64,000 nucleotides of DNA from a virus (taxonomy: Duplodnaviria > Caudoviricetes). The number at the start of each line of letters is the position of its first letter. Positions within the stretch are counted from its first letter, which is position 1. The notes beneath the pieces were generated by a model that was not told the origin of the DNA, ran no database searches, and saw nothing but the letters and a program-made list of their open reading frames with translations. A program made the translations under genes and the position numbers. The stretch lies in the IMG/VR virus record IMGVR_UViG_3300021978_000001, positions 352,001 to 416,000 of that record. One strand, 5' to 3'. Below are positions 38,979-48,569 of this stretch, piece by piece.

Positions 38979-39535
38979 GTGTCTTCTCCTGTGTTGTGTG
39001 TAAGCTCCGCATCGAGCGCGTCGAGGTCAAAGATTGCGTATTCGCCCTTGTCCCTGTCCTTGTTATCGTGAATGAACATGGGGTGTTCGTTACTGCGTGG
39101 GTGAGGCATGTTGTTGATAGGAATCCCCCAGAAGCCTTGCGTCTGGGAATGTCTCCAACCTCTAACATCCCCCAAAGGGACCTCATCCATGCGCAACCCC
39201 AACCAGGTCTTGATCAGGGTGGTCTCGTAACCTTGGGATAAGGTGAGTTCGACGACTTGATTGTGCAAGAGCGCAAAGCCGTAACCCTTCTCTTTCTGTT
39301 CATCGGTCAAGCTCATGTTGACCCATTCGATTTGCAGCTCGCGGGGACGTTGGTGTCTCACTTGCCGGGGTTTCCAGTTCAAGCTCTTGGCGTAGGTGGT
39401 CGCTTCATGCCAATCTTCCCAGATCCAGTTGTCCAACAAGGCATCGACTCGCTCCGCGTCCCAGTTGGAGAGCGCACTGCGCAGGTCGCCCCATACCGAG
39501 TCGGGAGCCTTGAGTGATTGCTTTTCTTCGGACAT
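38975..39535 (-). CDS. Hypothetical protein
   Basis: AGGAGG RBS before MSEEKQ. Confidence 0.7.
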   Translation of the reverse strand: MSEEKQSLKAPDSVWGDLRSALSNWDAERVDALLDNWIWEDWHEATTYAKSLNWKPRQVRHQRPRELQIEWVNMSLTDEQKEKGYGFALLHNQVVELTLSQGYETTLIKTWLGLRMDEVPLGDVRGWRHSQTQGFWGIPINNMPHPRSNEHPMFIHDNKDRDKGEYAIFDLDALDAELTHNTGEDT

Positions 39536-39602
39536 GAAAAAACCTCCTGTGTAGGTCACAGGAGGTTCTCATAAAAGCGGGGCGCCGTCAAGAGAAACGG
39601 CC

Positions 39603-40583
39603 TTAGCCGTAGTATTTCGCGCCCCAACAGAAGGTGCCGTCATACTGCATGTAGATGGGGTGGAGTTGTGTGACACACTCGCTCACGACCTCGCCCTGGT
39701 CGTCCGTGATCTCGGGGCGCTGATAGACCACACAGAAGCCGTTTTGCCAGTTGGGGTTGAACATGTACTCGCACTGCGCGAGATCGTACAGGCCGCCGTT
39801 CTCCAGTGCTTGTTTGTTACGGCGGCGATCCTTGTGGTGGTACCATCCCATGCGGTGCGTGTGGCCCGTGATCAGGAAGTCGGAGCCCGCCTTGTCCAGT
39901 TCGCCACGAGCCGAGTACGCACTCATGCCGCGCGTCACGGTGCCGTGGTAGACGTCGAGGTTGCCGATGGTCAGCATGACGCCATAGTCGTAGTAATGAA
40001 TCCCGAGACGCTCGAACTCCAGCAGGCTTTCGAGCGAGAAGGAACGCAGGCCATAGAGACCGTGCTCGCGCTTGATGAGGCGGCGCAGGCGCTCTTCGTG
40101 GTTGCCTTCGGTGAAGTGGAGGACGGCGGTGGGGCAGGAGCGGCGGAGACGTTCGAGGATTTCGAGGCCCTCATCGAGTTCCTCTTGCAGGGTGGGGAAC
40201 CCGACATCCTTGGGGAAGGTCGAGATGGAGTGGCAGTCGAGGAAGTCCCCGTTGATCACGATGATCTCGGGTTGGATGTCCCTGCACAGCTCCAGCCACC
40301 CTTCGACCGCCTGTTTGTTGTGGAAGGGTACGTGTACATCGTTGACCACGACAATGGTGCGCCATCCCTCGGGTGCGCCTCCAAGACGCCGCCGCGCTGC
40401 TTCCTCTTCCGAGGAGGCCAGGTAGAAGGTAGGCGCCTCCAACCCGTTTCGGGTAAACGCACCGGCGAGTGCGTTCGAGGTCTCCCCGATCTTCTCCAGC
40501 GCTTCCTCGTAGTTGGTGGTGTGCAACAGCGTGTCGAGCGCTTCACGGATGAAATCGGGTGTCCACTTCTTACTCGTGCTCAT
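39603..40583 (-). CDS. Calcineurin-like metallophosphoesterase
   Basis: DVH, GDFLD, GNHE, YHG and GHTH motifs in order; GAGG RBS before MSTSKK. Confidence 0.88.
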   Translation of the reverse strand: MSTSKKWTPDFIREALDTLLHTTNYEEALEKIGETSNALAGAFTRNGLEAPTFYLASSEEEAARRRLGGAPEGWRTIVVVNDVHVPFHNKQAVEGWLELCRDIQPEIIVINGDFLDCHSISTFPKDVGFPTLQEELDEGLEILERLRRSCPTAVLHFTEGNHEERLRRLIKREHGLYGLRSFSLESLLEFERLGIHYYDYGVMLTIGNLDVYHGTVTRGMSAYSARGELDKAGSDFLITGHTHRMGWYHHKDRRRNKQALENGGLYDLAQCEYMFNPNWQNGFCVVYQRPEITDDQGEVVSECVTQLHPIYMQYDGTFCWGAKYYG

Positions 40584-40789
40584 GTTTACCTCTGCAACGG
40601 GTGAAATCCCTTCAAGTCCCTCGAAGATTGTTTTTTCTTCTCGGTTGGGGTGTGGTACCGTGAGAGCGCCGTCCCCAACGCACCAGACCTGACTTACAAA
40701 ACGAATGTTGAAGTCATTGATCGGATGAATGGGAAAAAGATGCCTCGGGGCCACAGTTCTTGATTGAAATCCCTTGAAAGGATCGCATT

Positions 40790-41680
40790 ATGCCGGATAA
40801 CACGCCCTCTCCTGAGTCTTCTCAGCTTCCTACGTTGCAAGACCGTCGTATTCGTATTGTTCCGCACCTCAAAGGACACAAGGAGGGGGTGATCTGTTTC
40901 GAGACTGGATGTTCGCGTGACGAGGTTTGTGATCTGCATCACTTCGTCTTCGATCATCACGGTTCCGAACACCATCCCTTGTTTTCTCCGTCTGCGTTGA
41001 GGCTGTTTCATGAGCGTTTGATGCTTGGCCAGGCCATGCCTTCTGTCTTGCTGTTGACCCGATGGTATCGCATCGACCAGATCATGGCGTCTGCGATGTT
41101 CATCGAACCCGGTCTCCTCTTGCTTCAAGGCTTTACTAGCCTGGTGCAATCGGTCGATCAGGTCGAGCGGCTGGGTCCTCTCGCCCTGGCGCATATCCCC
41201 TGGGAACACAAGGAATTGATCCGCCTACTCCGTCACGTTACCCGATTGTACAGATCACGTCAAGCACATCAGGAGTCTCTTTCGACACAAGACCATGAAA
41301 ACGCATTGACTTTACTCGTGCAATGCACCCAATACATCGCGACCTATCTTATGGAAGGCACCTTGCCTCTCGAACCTGAAACCCCTCCTGAGCTGGACGT
41401 GCTCGCCGCAGGAGAGGGGTTTATCGCGTTTACATGTGAGGAGTGGCCCTGGGATGTGGCGTGGTCGAGTGGCGCGGTGTGGGGTGTGTGGTTTGGTCCA
41501 AGACAAACCGAGGTGCGCGCGAAGTCCACCTTGATCGGGTTGGAGACGCGCGTGGTCACAGAGCGACTCGGGGAGATGTTCACCTATCAGGATGACATCT
41601 CCCCGGGTTGGGTGTCTTCGTCTGTGTTCGAGGACCGGGAAGCTCAGGAAGAGCTGTTGGAAAGGCTACTGGGCTCTTGA
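40790..41680 (+). CDS. Hypothetical protein, possible degenerate DHH-family phosphoesterase
   Basis: VFDHHG motif; other DHH motifs not clearly seen. Confidence 0.4.
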   Translation: MPDNTPSPESSQLPTLQDRRIRIVPHLKGHKEGVICFETGCSRDEVCDLHHFVFDHHGSEHHPLFSPSALRLFHERLMLGQAMPSVLLLTRWYRIDQIMASAMFIEPGLLLLQGFTSLVQSVDQVERLGPLALAHIPWEHKELIRLLRHVTRLYRSRQAHQESLSTQDHENALTLLVQCTQYIATYLMEGTLPLEPETPPELDVLAAGEGFIAFTCEEWPWDVAWSSGAVWGVWFGPRQTEVRAKSTLIGLETRVVTERLGEMFTYQDDISPGWVSSSVFEDREAQEELLERLLGS

Positions 41681-41714
41681 AGACGGGCTCGTGAAGGCAG
41701 GTCCTTGACCGCGC

Positions 41715-41951
41715 TCAAATGACTTCGAGGTACTTGAGCCCTGCCATAATCGCGATGATGACCAGGACCAGGAACACCATGACGAGAACCAGAATCACGA
41801 TGAAGATCAGAAGTTCGATCAGCGTGAAGCCCTGACGTTGCTTCATCGAGGCAGATAAAGCCTCACGCAATGCGCCAGGCAGCGCGTGAAGCCTTGCGTA
41901 CCGTGAATGCGCGGAGAGATGCGCGGAGAGATAAGCGAAGATAGCCAACAT
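41715..41951 (-). CDS. Miniature type IV prepilin-like protein
   Basis: AGGAG RBS; KQRQG/FTLIELL class III signal followed by long hydrophobic helix and almost no globular domain. Confidence 0.7.
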   Translation of the reverse strand: MLAIFAYLSAHLSAHSRYARLHALPGALREALSASMKQRQGFTLIELLIFIVILVLVMVFLVLVIIAIMAGLKYLEVI

Positions 41952-42013
41952 GTGTGCTCCTATGAGAGGTGTAAAGGACTCCACCTCCAGGGTAGCTCGA
42001 CACATCTTGCTCG

Positions 42014-42811
42014 TCAAGCTCCCTCGAACGCGCGCTTTGCCTGGTTGTAGCCCGACTCGATCAGGGCTTCTGCTTCCTCGCGGTTCATGTTGAAGTTCAA
42101 GCTCCCGGAGCCCGCCTTCAACCCTACCATGCGCGCGTGCACCGCGTCTTCGATGTGCTCTCTCGCGATTGCCCCCATCATGATGTCCACGACGCTCATG
42201 GCGTAATCCTTGAGCGTCTCGGGTGGTTGTGGCGCTGCGAGGGGCCTGATCTGGAAGCCAAAGACCCCCTCACCCAGCCCATAGATGTCAAGCGGGAAGT
42301 TCGATGCGACGCCGCCGTCAATGTGACGCTCACCCTTGATGCGCGCGGGCCGGAACACGAACGGGATCGAGATCGAGGCGCGCACGGCGTCTGCCATGTT
42401 TACATGGGGTGTGCCCTCAGTGGAGTAGACCATGTGGTTGGGGCCATAGTTGCCCGCGCCATCGAGGTTGACTGTTCCGATGTTGCACGGGATGTAGGCG
42501 TCCCCGAGGGTCGCGACAAACACCTGCTGCATCGCGTGCTTGATGCGGTCCCCTTTGATGAGCCCCCAGTCACACCAGGGCTTCCAGGACCAATCCACGA
42601 GCTTTTTGGGACCGGGGAGCATGTCGAGCAGCATATCGTTAAGCTGCGGTCCCGGGCTGTATCCCGAGGCAACAGCGGCGGCGATGATGGCGCCTCCCGA
42701 GACACCTGTGATATGCTCGATCTGGTAACCTTGGTCGGCCAAATACCAGAGCGCGCCTGCGTGGAGAGGGTACAGGAGCCCTGCACCTGAGAGTACGATC
42801 TTGAGTTTCAT
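42014..42811 (-). CDS. Patatin-like phospholipase
   Basis: SGAG..H.G oxyanion loop, GVSGG (GxSxG), ASISIPFVF, DGG. Confidence 0.9.
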   Translation of the reverse strand: MKLKIVLSGAGLLYPLHAGALWYLADQGYQIEHITGVSGGAIIAAAVASGYSPGPQLNDMLLDMLPGPKKLVDWSWKPWCDWGLIKGDRIKHAMQQVFVATLGDAYIPCNIGTVNLDGAGNYGPNHMVYSTEGTPHVNMADAVRASISIPFVFRPARIKGERHIDGGVASNFPLDIYGLGEGVFGFQIRPLAAPQPPETLKDYAMSVVDIMMGAIAREHIEDAVHARMVGLKAGSGSLNFNMNREEAEALIESGYNQAKRAFEGA

Positions 42812-42812
42812 G

Positions 42813-43247
42813 TCACTCCTCCTCGGTGAGTGTGGCGAGGTCCACATCGACCATGCTGTCTTCCGGGCGGAGTGCAGGGGCAGGGAGTCTCGCGTTGCTA
42901 TCCAACTTCCAGGGGTTGCCCTCGCCTTCCTTTTTTATCACGGGGAGCTTGCGCGTCTCTCGAAGCTCCTGCTGACGCGCCTGGGGGAGCTGTTGGGTCA
43001 CCTTGAGGGTGTCGCTCAGGCTTTCGCTGTCCAGGCTCGCAGGGGTCTTGTGCTCGTGCCGCTCGAAGGCTTCGCGCCCGCGTTTTTCTCGCAGGGCCGC
43101 ACGCCATTCACTCCAGTCCACGAGTTGGTCCTGCTCATCATACCCTATGGTGCGAGAGCTTTCTGCTTGTCGTCTACGTTCACGCAAGGCGCGCTTTTGC
43201 CAGGGCGCAGGCTTGATGATTTGACACAACGGTGCTTTCTTTTTCAT
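42813..43247 (-). CDS. Hypothetical protein
   Basis: ATGA overlap with upstream gene. Confidence 0.6.
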   Translation of the reverse strand: MKKKAPLCQIIKPAPWQKRALRERRRQAESSRTIGYDEQDQLVDWSEWRAALREKRGREAFERHEHKTPASLDSESLSDTLKVTQQLPQARQQELRETRKLPVIKKEGEGNPWKLDSNARLPAPALRPEDSMVDVDLATLTEEE

Positions 43248-44371
43248 CCGTCCAGACCATCCTCGAAGCCATAAAAGCTCGCCGTGCAAAACGTCCCATC
43301 AAACGGCGTGTCGGTATCCAGCTTGACCTTGATGCGGAGACCCTGATCCGCGCGCAAGCGCACGACCGCCTGGTAGTCCCAGGGGAACGTCAGCACAGGA
43401 GAGGTCGAATCTCGCCAGGTCGGGTTCGCGTTGGTGGTGTACGGGATCGTGGCGTAAGCTCCGTTTGCTTCGTTGCAGTAGTCGTAGAAGCTCTTGTAGG
43501 TCGCAGGTGCTCCGAGTTCCACACGATCTGTGGGCTGCAATAGCCCTTGCTCGACGGCATCGGGCGCGAACACAGCGGCATACCCTTCGATGAAGAAATG
43601 GATCGTGTCACGAATCGAGGTGTCCTGGGTGAATTGAACCTCGACACGGCTCAGGTCGATCTGGCGCCCCTCTTCGGGTTGGATGTAGAAATCGGAGGTG
43701 GTCGCATGGTAGTAATCAATAGTGACAGCTTGTCCTGCGGTCAGCGCCTCGTGGAAGTGGACGACCCCTGCGGCGTAGTCGATGGTGTAATCTCTCTTGA
43801 AAGACGGGTCCTGGTTCTCGCCGTATTGCGCGAGCGTTTCTGTCTTGAGATCACCGTCAACGTACACGCGGGGTTGATACGAGGTTCCTTCTGGAGAGAG
43901 GATGCTGTCCTCTTTCCACTGCTTGCCGTGAGTCATGTCGATGAGGTTGACCTGGCTGACGTTGTACGTCTTGTAATCGCCTGCATGCCCCAGGGCTTCT
44001 CCCTCCACCAAAGCCGCGCAGGTGTACCAGGTGGTCGGGTCCGTCCAACGATGGGATACCTTGTTAAAGCGATCGACGCGTGGGGGGTAAGTCGAAACCG
44101 TGATCGAGGGTTGCTTTTTTACAGGCAAGTTACTTGTAGGGGTCAGCGGTTCGCCTGAATGATTGGCAATGATCTCGTCGAGTGCCGCTTTTTGGGCAGG
44201 TTCAAGCTCGACCTTGAAGTGGATGAGGATCGTCGAGCCTTCGAGCTGGATGCCGAGAGGATCGAGCGCGATCGTGATGTCTGGGCTCGCCTGGATTTCT
44301 TTTTCGAGACGTCCCGGATTAGCTTTGTTGTTCGGGGTCGCGTCGAGGTTATAGGTGTAGGTCGTGGCCAT
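43244..44371 (-). CDS. Putative virion structural/decoration protein
   Basis: TGATG overlap; beta-rich; N-terminal domain similar to that of 44371..45150. Confidence 0.55.
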   Translation of the reverse strand: MATTYTYNLDATPNNKANPGRLEKEIQASPDITIALDPLGIQLEGSTILIHFKVELEPAQKAALDEIIANHSGEPLTPTSNLPVKKQPSITVSTYPPRVDRFNKVSHRWTDPTTWYTCAALVEGEALGHAGDYKTYNVSQVNLIDMTHGKQWKEDSILSPEGTSYQPRVYVDGDLKTETLAQYGENQDPSFKRDYTIDYAAGVVHFHEALTAGQAVTIDYYHATTSDFYIQPEEGRQIDLSRVEVQFTQDTSIRDTIHFFIEGYAAVFAPDAVEQGLLQPTDRVELGAPATYKSFYDYCNEANGAYATIPYTTNANPTWRDSTSPVLTFPWDYQAVVRLRADQGLRIKVKLDTDTPFDGTFCTASFYGFEDGLDG

Positions 44372-45150
44372 CAGCTTATCCTTTGGATGAAGAGACGCGC
44401 ATTTTGGATATAAGCCGTACCGAGAAGCCCCGAGTCCCGGCGCCATTGGATCGCGATTTGATTGACACCGGATAACGTCGCGACCTTGATGCCTCCATTG
44501 CTTGTCCGCACAGAACGGTAGACTTTCAAGAGGCTCAGGATAAACGTCACGTCGAGCAGGAAAGCGCTCGTTGCCGTGTTCCCATAGGTCTCACTCGTGG
44601 TCAAGTTTCGGAGCCGCGCTTGTGCGATACGGTTGGGGCCTGCGTCTCCACGAAGCTCACAGCTCCAGTAAATCAAGTATGTACCTGCCTCGAAGTCCTG
44701 CATGATACTTGCACGGGTGGCAAAAGTCTCACTCGTGGTTCCTGTTTCCGCATTCACTTCGGTATGCCAATGCTGAGACGTGATGTTGATTTGAGCGATA
44801 AGCGCGTTGACATTCTCGCCGTTGAGGTCGCCCACGTTGTAGAGGTTGTTATTCTGGAGGTCGAGGTCTTCATCCCATGCTGCGGCCTCTTCGCTTGCTG
44901 TAGTTTCGGGATCTGAAGCGGTATGCGCAGCGATAATGCCATCCAGTTCGGTGACTTCTCCACCTGTCAATGCGGGGTCTGTCCAGACTTCGATTGAAGT
45001 TGGAGGGTTTGACATGTTATCTTCATGCTTCACGTACTCCAGCTTCGCGGCGAAGGTCGAGGCTTCGATCTCTCCACGGAGCTTGGAGAGGCTGGCGGTA
45101 CCATCCAACGTATCTGTCGCAATCGTATATGTGTATACGGTAAAACTCAT
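44371..45150 (-). CDS. Putative virion fibre/decoration protein
   Basis: DLDLQNNNLYNVG fibre-like motif; beta-sandwich-like C-terminus. Confidence 0.55.
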   Translation of the reverse strand: MSFTVYTYTIATDTLDGTASLSKLRGEIEASTFAAKLEYVKHEDNMSNPPTSIEVWTDPALTGGEVTELDGIIAAHTASDPETTASEEAAAWDEDLDLQNNNLYNVGDLNGENVNALIAQINITSQHWHTEVNAETGTTSETFATRASIMQDFEAGTYLIYWSCELRGDAGPNRIAQARLRNLTTSETYGNTATSAFLLDVTFILSLLKVYRSVRTSNGGIKVATLSGVNQIAIQWRRDSGLLGTAYIQNARLFIQRIS

Positions 45151-45983
45151 GCTGATACCCTGTAGAACATGAAATAGCTACGGTCTACGAAACTATTCGT
45201 GCCGTTGGACCCCCCAAACGAGAACGTGATGTTGTATGTCCCGGCGCTCAGGTTAAGAAGGCGGAATCCCGCCGCAAGGAAGCGTTGGTTGGACCCGAAA
45301 CCATCCAGGAGACCTCCCGCGTCTTGAGGCTCTTGTCTATGGAAGCTGATCTCCGTGTTGTCGAGAGAGATGCGTGCGATGAAATCCGAGTTGGTAGAGT
45401 TGTAGGCCCATGTGTAGCTGAAGTCCAGCCTGTAAAGACCGTCAACGCTGGCAGTTACACTGAAGCTGTCTCGATCAAACAAACCATCATTTGGCGGGGG
45501 GTTACCGTTGAAGGGGGCGGATACTCCTTGCTCGGTGGTATTCGTCACCGTGGTTAGGTCGTTGAAACGACCAAGCTCTGCATTCAAGGCTTCGATCGCA
45601 CTTTGAACATCGGTCACCCCCAACAGGGTCAAGGCATCATCGTAGTCGATCTCGGCTGCAAGCAGGCCCGGGTCTGCGTTTGCATCACGAATGACTAGAG
45701 CGTATGGGCCACTATCCGGGAAGGGTACGGTCTGGAGGAAGGACTCGACATCGGCTTGTGCGACATCGGTTGTACCGTCGTTGAGGATAAGCGTGGAAGA
45801 GCCCGCACCAAAGGCGTCATCTTGCGTGAGCACCAGGAGGTTTCGGCTCTCGGAGATCTCTTGCAAGGCGTCCTGGTTGGTGAACGTGACCGAACCCCCC
45901 GAACCCGGGATAAGGACTCCCAGGTCACTGATAAGGACATCGGTGACCTGGGAGACGTTGGTTTTGATGATCAGGGTGGCCAT
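45147..45983 (-). CDS. Putative virion fibre/decoration protein
   Basis: N-terminal ~85 aa strongly similar to 45993..47423; VQSAIEAL fibre-type motif. Confidence 0.6.
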   Translation of the reverse strand: MATLIIKTNVSQVTDVLISDLGVLIPGSGGSVTFTNQDALQEISESRNLLVLTQDDAFGAGSSTLILNDGTTDVAQADVESFLQTVPFPDSGPYALVIRDANADPGLLAAEIDYDDALTLLGVTDVQSAIEALNAELGRFNDLTTVTNTTEQGVSAPFNGNPPPNDGLFDRDSFSVTASVDGLYRLDFSYTWAYNSTNSDFIARISLDNTEISFHRQEPQDAGGLLDGFGSNQRFLAAGFRLLNLSAGTYNITFSFGGSNGTNSFVDRSYFMFYRVSA

Positions 45984-45992
45984 TCAAGCCTC

Positions 45993-47423
45993 TTACACGA
46001 TGGCGAGCACTTCATTCACTTCGACCAGCGCCACCACATTGTCGAACGCGGAACCGAGCGCGATACCTCCCACGCGCTCCATACTCAAGCTCAACTCGTC
46101 TCCTGCGTTGTAAGACACGTTCAAGGCTGTGGAGGCAGCCGTGTCGTTTCCGTTAGGCAAAGACAGGGAGGCCACTTCAGTGCCGTTGATCTTGATCGAG
46201 AGCTTATAGTTGTTCGAGGTTGGCGCCGTGTCTACTTGCAAGGTCGCAGCAGTGATCACGCCGTTGCGTGGGAGATACAACCCTGCGGCACTGGTCGCGA
46301 CATTGCCTGCGCTCTTCAGGAACCGCACACCGCCCAAGGGTACGCTCAAGTTGGAGCCGAAGGTGATCCACTTTCCAACGTATCGGGAGTCCTGGAGCGC
46401 GGGATTGTTAGCACCCGAGTTTTGCCAAACCCCTGCGTCTGCGTCCCACACGTAAATCGTGTCTTCGTCCCTGGTAACGTGGGTTTCCGAAGGTTGGAGG
46501 GTTGCAGTTGCACGTCCAAAACCAAACGTCTTGACCGCTGGGTCGGCTCCAGGCAACTGAGCGCTCACCGAAGAGGTGTAATCCAGGAGACCCTCGAAGC
46601 TCACGTACTGCACGTCTGCGGGAGTCGTGAACGTACCGTAGATGCGATCGTCGTAAGAATCTTGAGCCGAGTTGTCGGTACGGTAAATTGCCACCACACG
46701 GGCGTTCAACTGGTCGAGGGCGTCTTCGGTGACGGCGCTCCAGAGCGTCGAGTCTGTGTTGATGGTTGTGGTCAGGTTGTCCATCGTCTCCAAGGCGTCC
46801 GCGCCGATCTCTACATCGAACGCGACCGCTGGAGTTGCAGTGAACGTGAACGTCTCGGTGGTCGTGCCATCCGTGATCACGAGCGTGTCCCCTTCGGCTG
46901 CATTATTGTCCAACCAGAATGGAATCGCTTGAGAGATCGCATCATTGACGGAATCGAGCTGCTCGGTGACGAGGATCAGCTCTTTCCAGGTGCGGAACCC
47001 GCTCGTGCGGTCATCCACGTATTGCTTGTTTGCGGCATCAGACGCATTGACAGGGGTAGGCAGTCCCGTGATCGTCGCGGTGCCGTCGAATGTGACGTTA
47101 TCATCGACTTCACCATCAGCGTTGTTCTTGACTACGCCGAAGTCATTGCTCGCGTCGGGGAGGATGAGCGTGTCGAGGAAGTTCTCGGCATCCGCCTGGT
47201 CGATGTCTGCGGTGCCGTCATTGAGGATGAGTGTCGAGGAGCCCGCGCCGAAGGCGTCGTCTGTCAAGAGCGTGCGCAGGTTGCGCGACTCCTGAAGCTC
47301 GACAAGCTCATCATTGGATGTGAAGGTGTCTTGACCCCCACCGAGGGGGATGAAGATGCCAACGTCTGCGATCAGGACGTCAGCGCCGGTACCTGCATTT
47401 GATTTGATAACAAGAGTGGCCAT
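45993..47423 (-). CDS. Putative virion fibre/decoration protein
   Basis: ITGLPTPVNASDAANKQYVD tail-fibre-type repeat; T/D/A-rich. Confidence 0.65.
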   Translation of the reverse strand: MATLVIKSNAGTGADVLIADVGIFIPLGGGQDTFTSNDELVELQESRNLRTLLTDDAFGAGSSTLILNDGTADIDQADAENFLDTLILPDASNDFGVVKNNADGEVDDNVTFDGTATITGLPTPVNASDAANKQYVDDRTSGFRTWKELILVTEQLDSVNDAISQAIPFWLDNNAAEGDTLVITDGTTTETFTFTATPAVAFDVEIGADALETMDNLTTTINTDSTLWSAVTEDALDQLNARVVAIYRTDNSAQDSYDDRIYGTFTTPADVQYVSFEGLLDYTSSVSAQLPGADPAVKTFGFGRATATLQPSETHVTRDEDTIYVWDADAGVWQNSGANNPALQDSRYVGKWITFGSNLSVPLGGVRFLKSAGNVATSAAGLYLPRNGVITAATLQVDTAPTSNNYKLSIKINGTEVASLSLPNGNDTAASTALNVSYNAGDELSLSMERVGGIALGSAFDNVVALVEVNEVLAIV

Positions 47424-47444
47424 GGGTGGCTCCTTTTTTGGAAG

Positions 47445-48431
47445 TCAGGCGGCGGTCATCTGAACCGTCACCACGATGTTTTCAAATAGACTCTTGCTAC
47501 TTCCAGACGTGCGTCTTACCTGCACTTGAACACGTTGTCCCGTGATCAGGGGAATCATGACGGCTTGGGTGAGGCTCTGGACCCCTGCTGGAATGGGCAC
47601 GCTCGTCATCAAGACCTGGTTCACAAATAGATCAACGGTGTAATCCTGTGTGTCTGTAGCATCGAGAGAGACTCCCACAGCCGAGAACGTCCCCGCTGCG
47701 GGTGCGACCCAGGGCGCGCTCGATGTCACGACCGTTCCTGCTTTCAGATACAAACGCCCGGCTCCCGCAGGGACCGCGATGTCCGAGGTCAACGTGAGGA
47801 CGCTGAGTTCCTGGCCACCGCCCGCAGCGGCGGCGTTGGTCAACACCCACCAGTTTCCGAGACCATCTGCTTGCAAGGTCACCGCACCGAGCGCATCACT
47901 CAAAGCATAGGTGCCTGGGACGCCTTCGATGGTGTTCCCCACAGGCGCCGTGATCAGGACGCTGTTGCCATCGAGAGATGTCTTCTTGATGGTGATGCGT
48001 GTGCCTTCTGGGGTACGCTCCTGGGGGAAGGGTTCGGAGAAGATGTCCGGGAGGTTCACGAGGACATCCCCGCCATCCGTGCTCACCGTGAGCAAGGTAT
48101 CATCGGCCTGGACATCATAGGCGGGCACGAATTGCTCGATGCCCTCATCGACTTCGATGTTCTGGAGGATAAAGGCTTCGAGCAAGCCTCCATCAAGGAA
48201 ACCCCGGATGCTGCCTTGCTGGTAACTGGTCAGGGTTCGATCGGTCAGGAGGATGTCCACGGTCTCTCGGAAAGGGACGTAGACCGGGATCTTTTCATTG
48301 TCGCGTTTGTTCTCAGGGGTGTCCAGGTCACTCAGGAAGAGACTACCGCCCGAGACGCCTGTGTGCCGCAAGCGAATGAACTTCGCTCCCTTGCGGATGG
48401 GGTAGGTGTGTGCGTTGATCAGGCCAGGCAT
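47445..48431 (-). CDS. Putative virion structural protein
   Basis: VNLP...ITIKK...V.I.A.....I.G...ADG..NW fibre-type module; C-terminal domain similar to that of 45993..47423. Confidence 0.55.
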   Translation of the reverse strand: MPGLINAHTYPIRKGAKFIRLRHTGVSGGSLFLSDLDTPENKRDNEKIPVYVPFRETVDILLTDRTLTSYQQGSIRGFLDGGLLEAFILQNIEVDEGIEQFVPAYDVQADDTLLTVSTDGGDVLVNLPDIFSEPFPQERTPEGTRITIKKTSLDGNSVLITAPVGNTIEGVPGTYALSDALGAVTLQADGLGNWWVLTNAAAAGGGQELSVLTLTSDIAVPAGAGRLYLKAGTVVTSSAPWVAPAAGTFSAVGVSLDATDTQDYTVDLFVNQVLMTSVPIPAGVQSLTQAVMIPLITGQRVQVQVRRTSGSSKSLFENIVVTVQMTAA

Positions 48432-48569
48432 GGGAGCGTCTATCCTGTGTAGAGTCCAGGTCCTCCGTAGATGGGCGGGAGGTCACACCAAGGCACTATT
48501 ACAAGAGGATTAGACGATCCTGTACAGGATTCTTTTGACACTGTAATTATACTGTGGAACTGTATAAAG

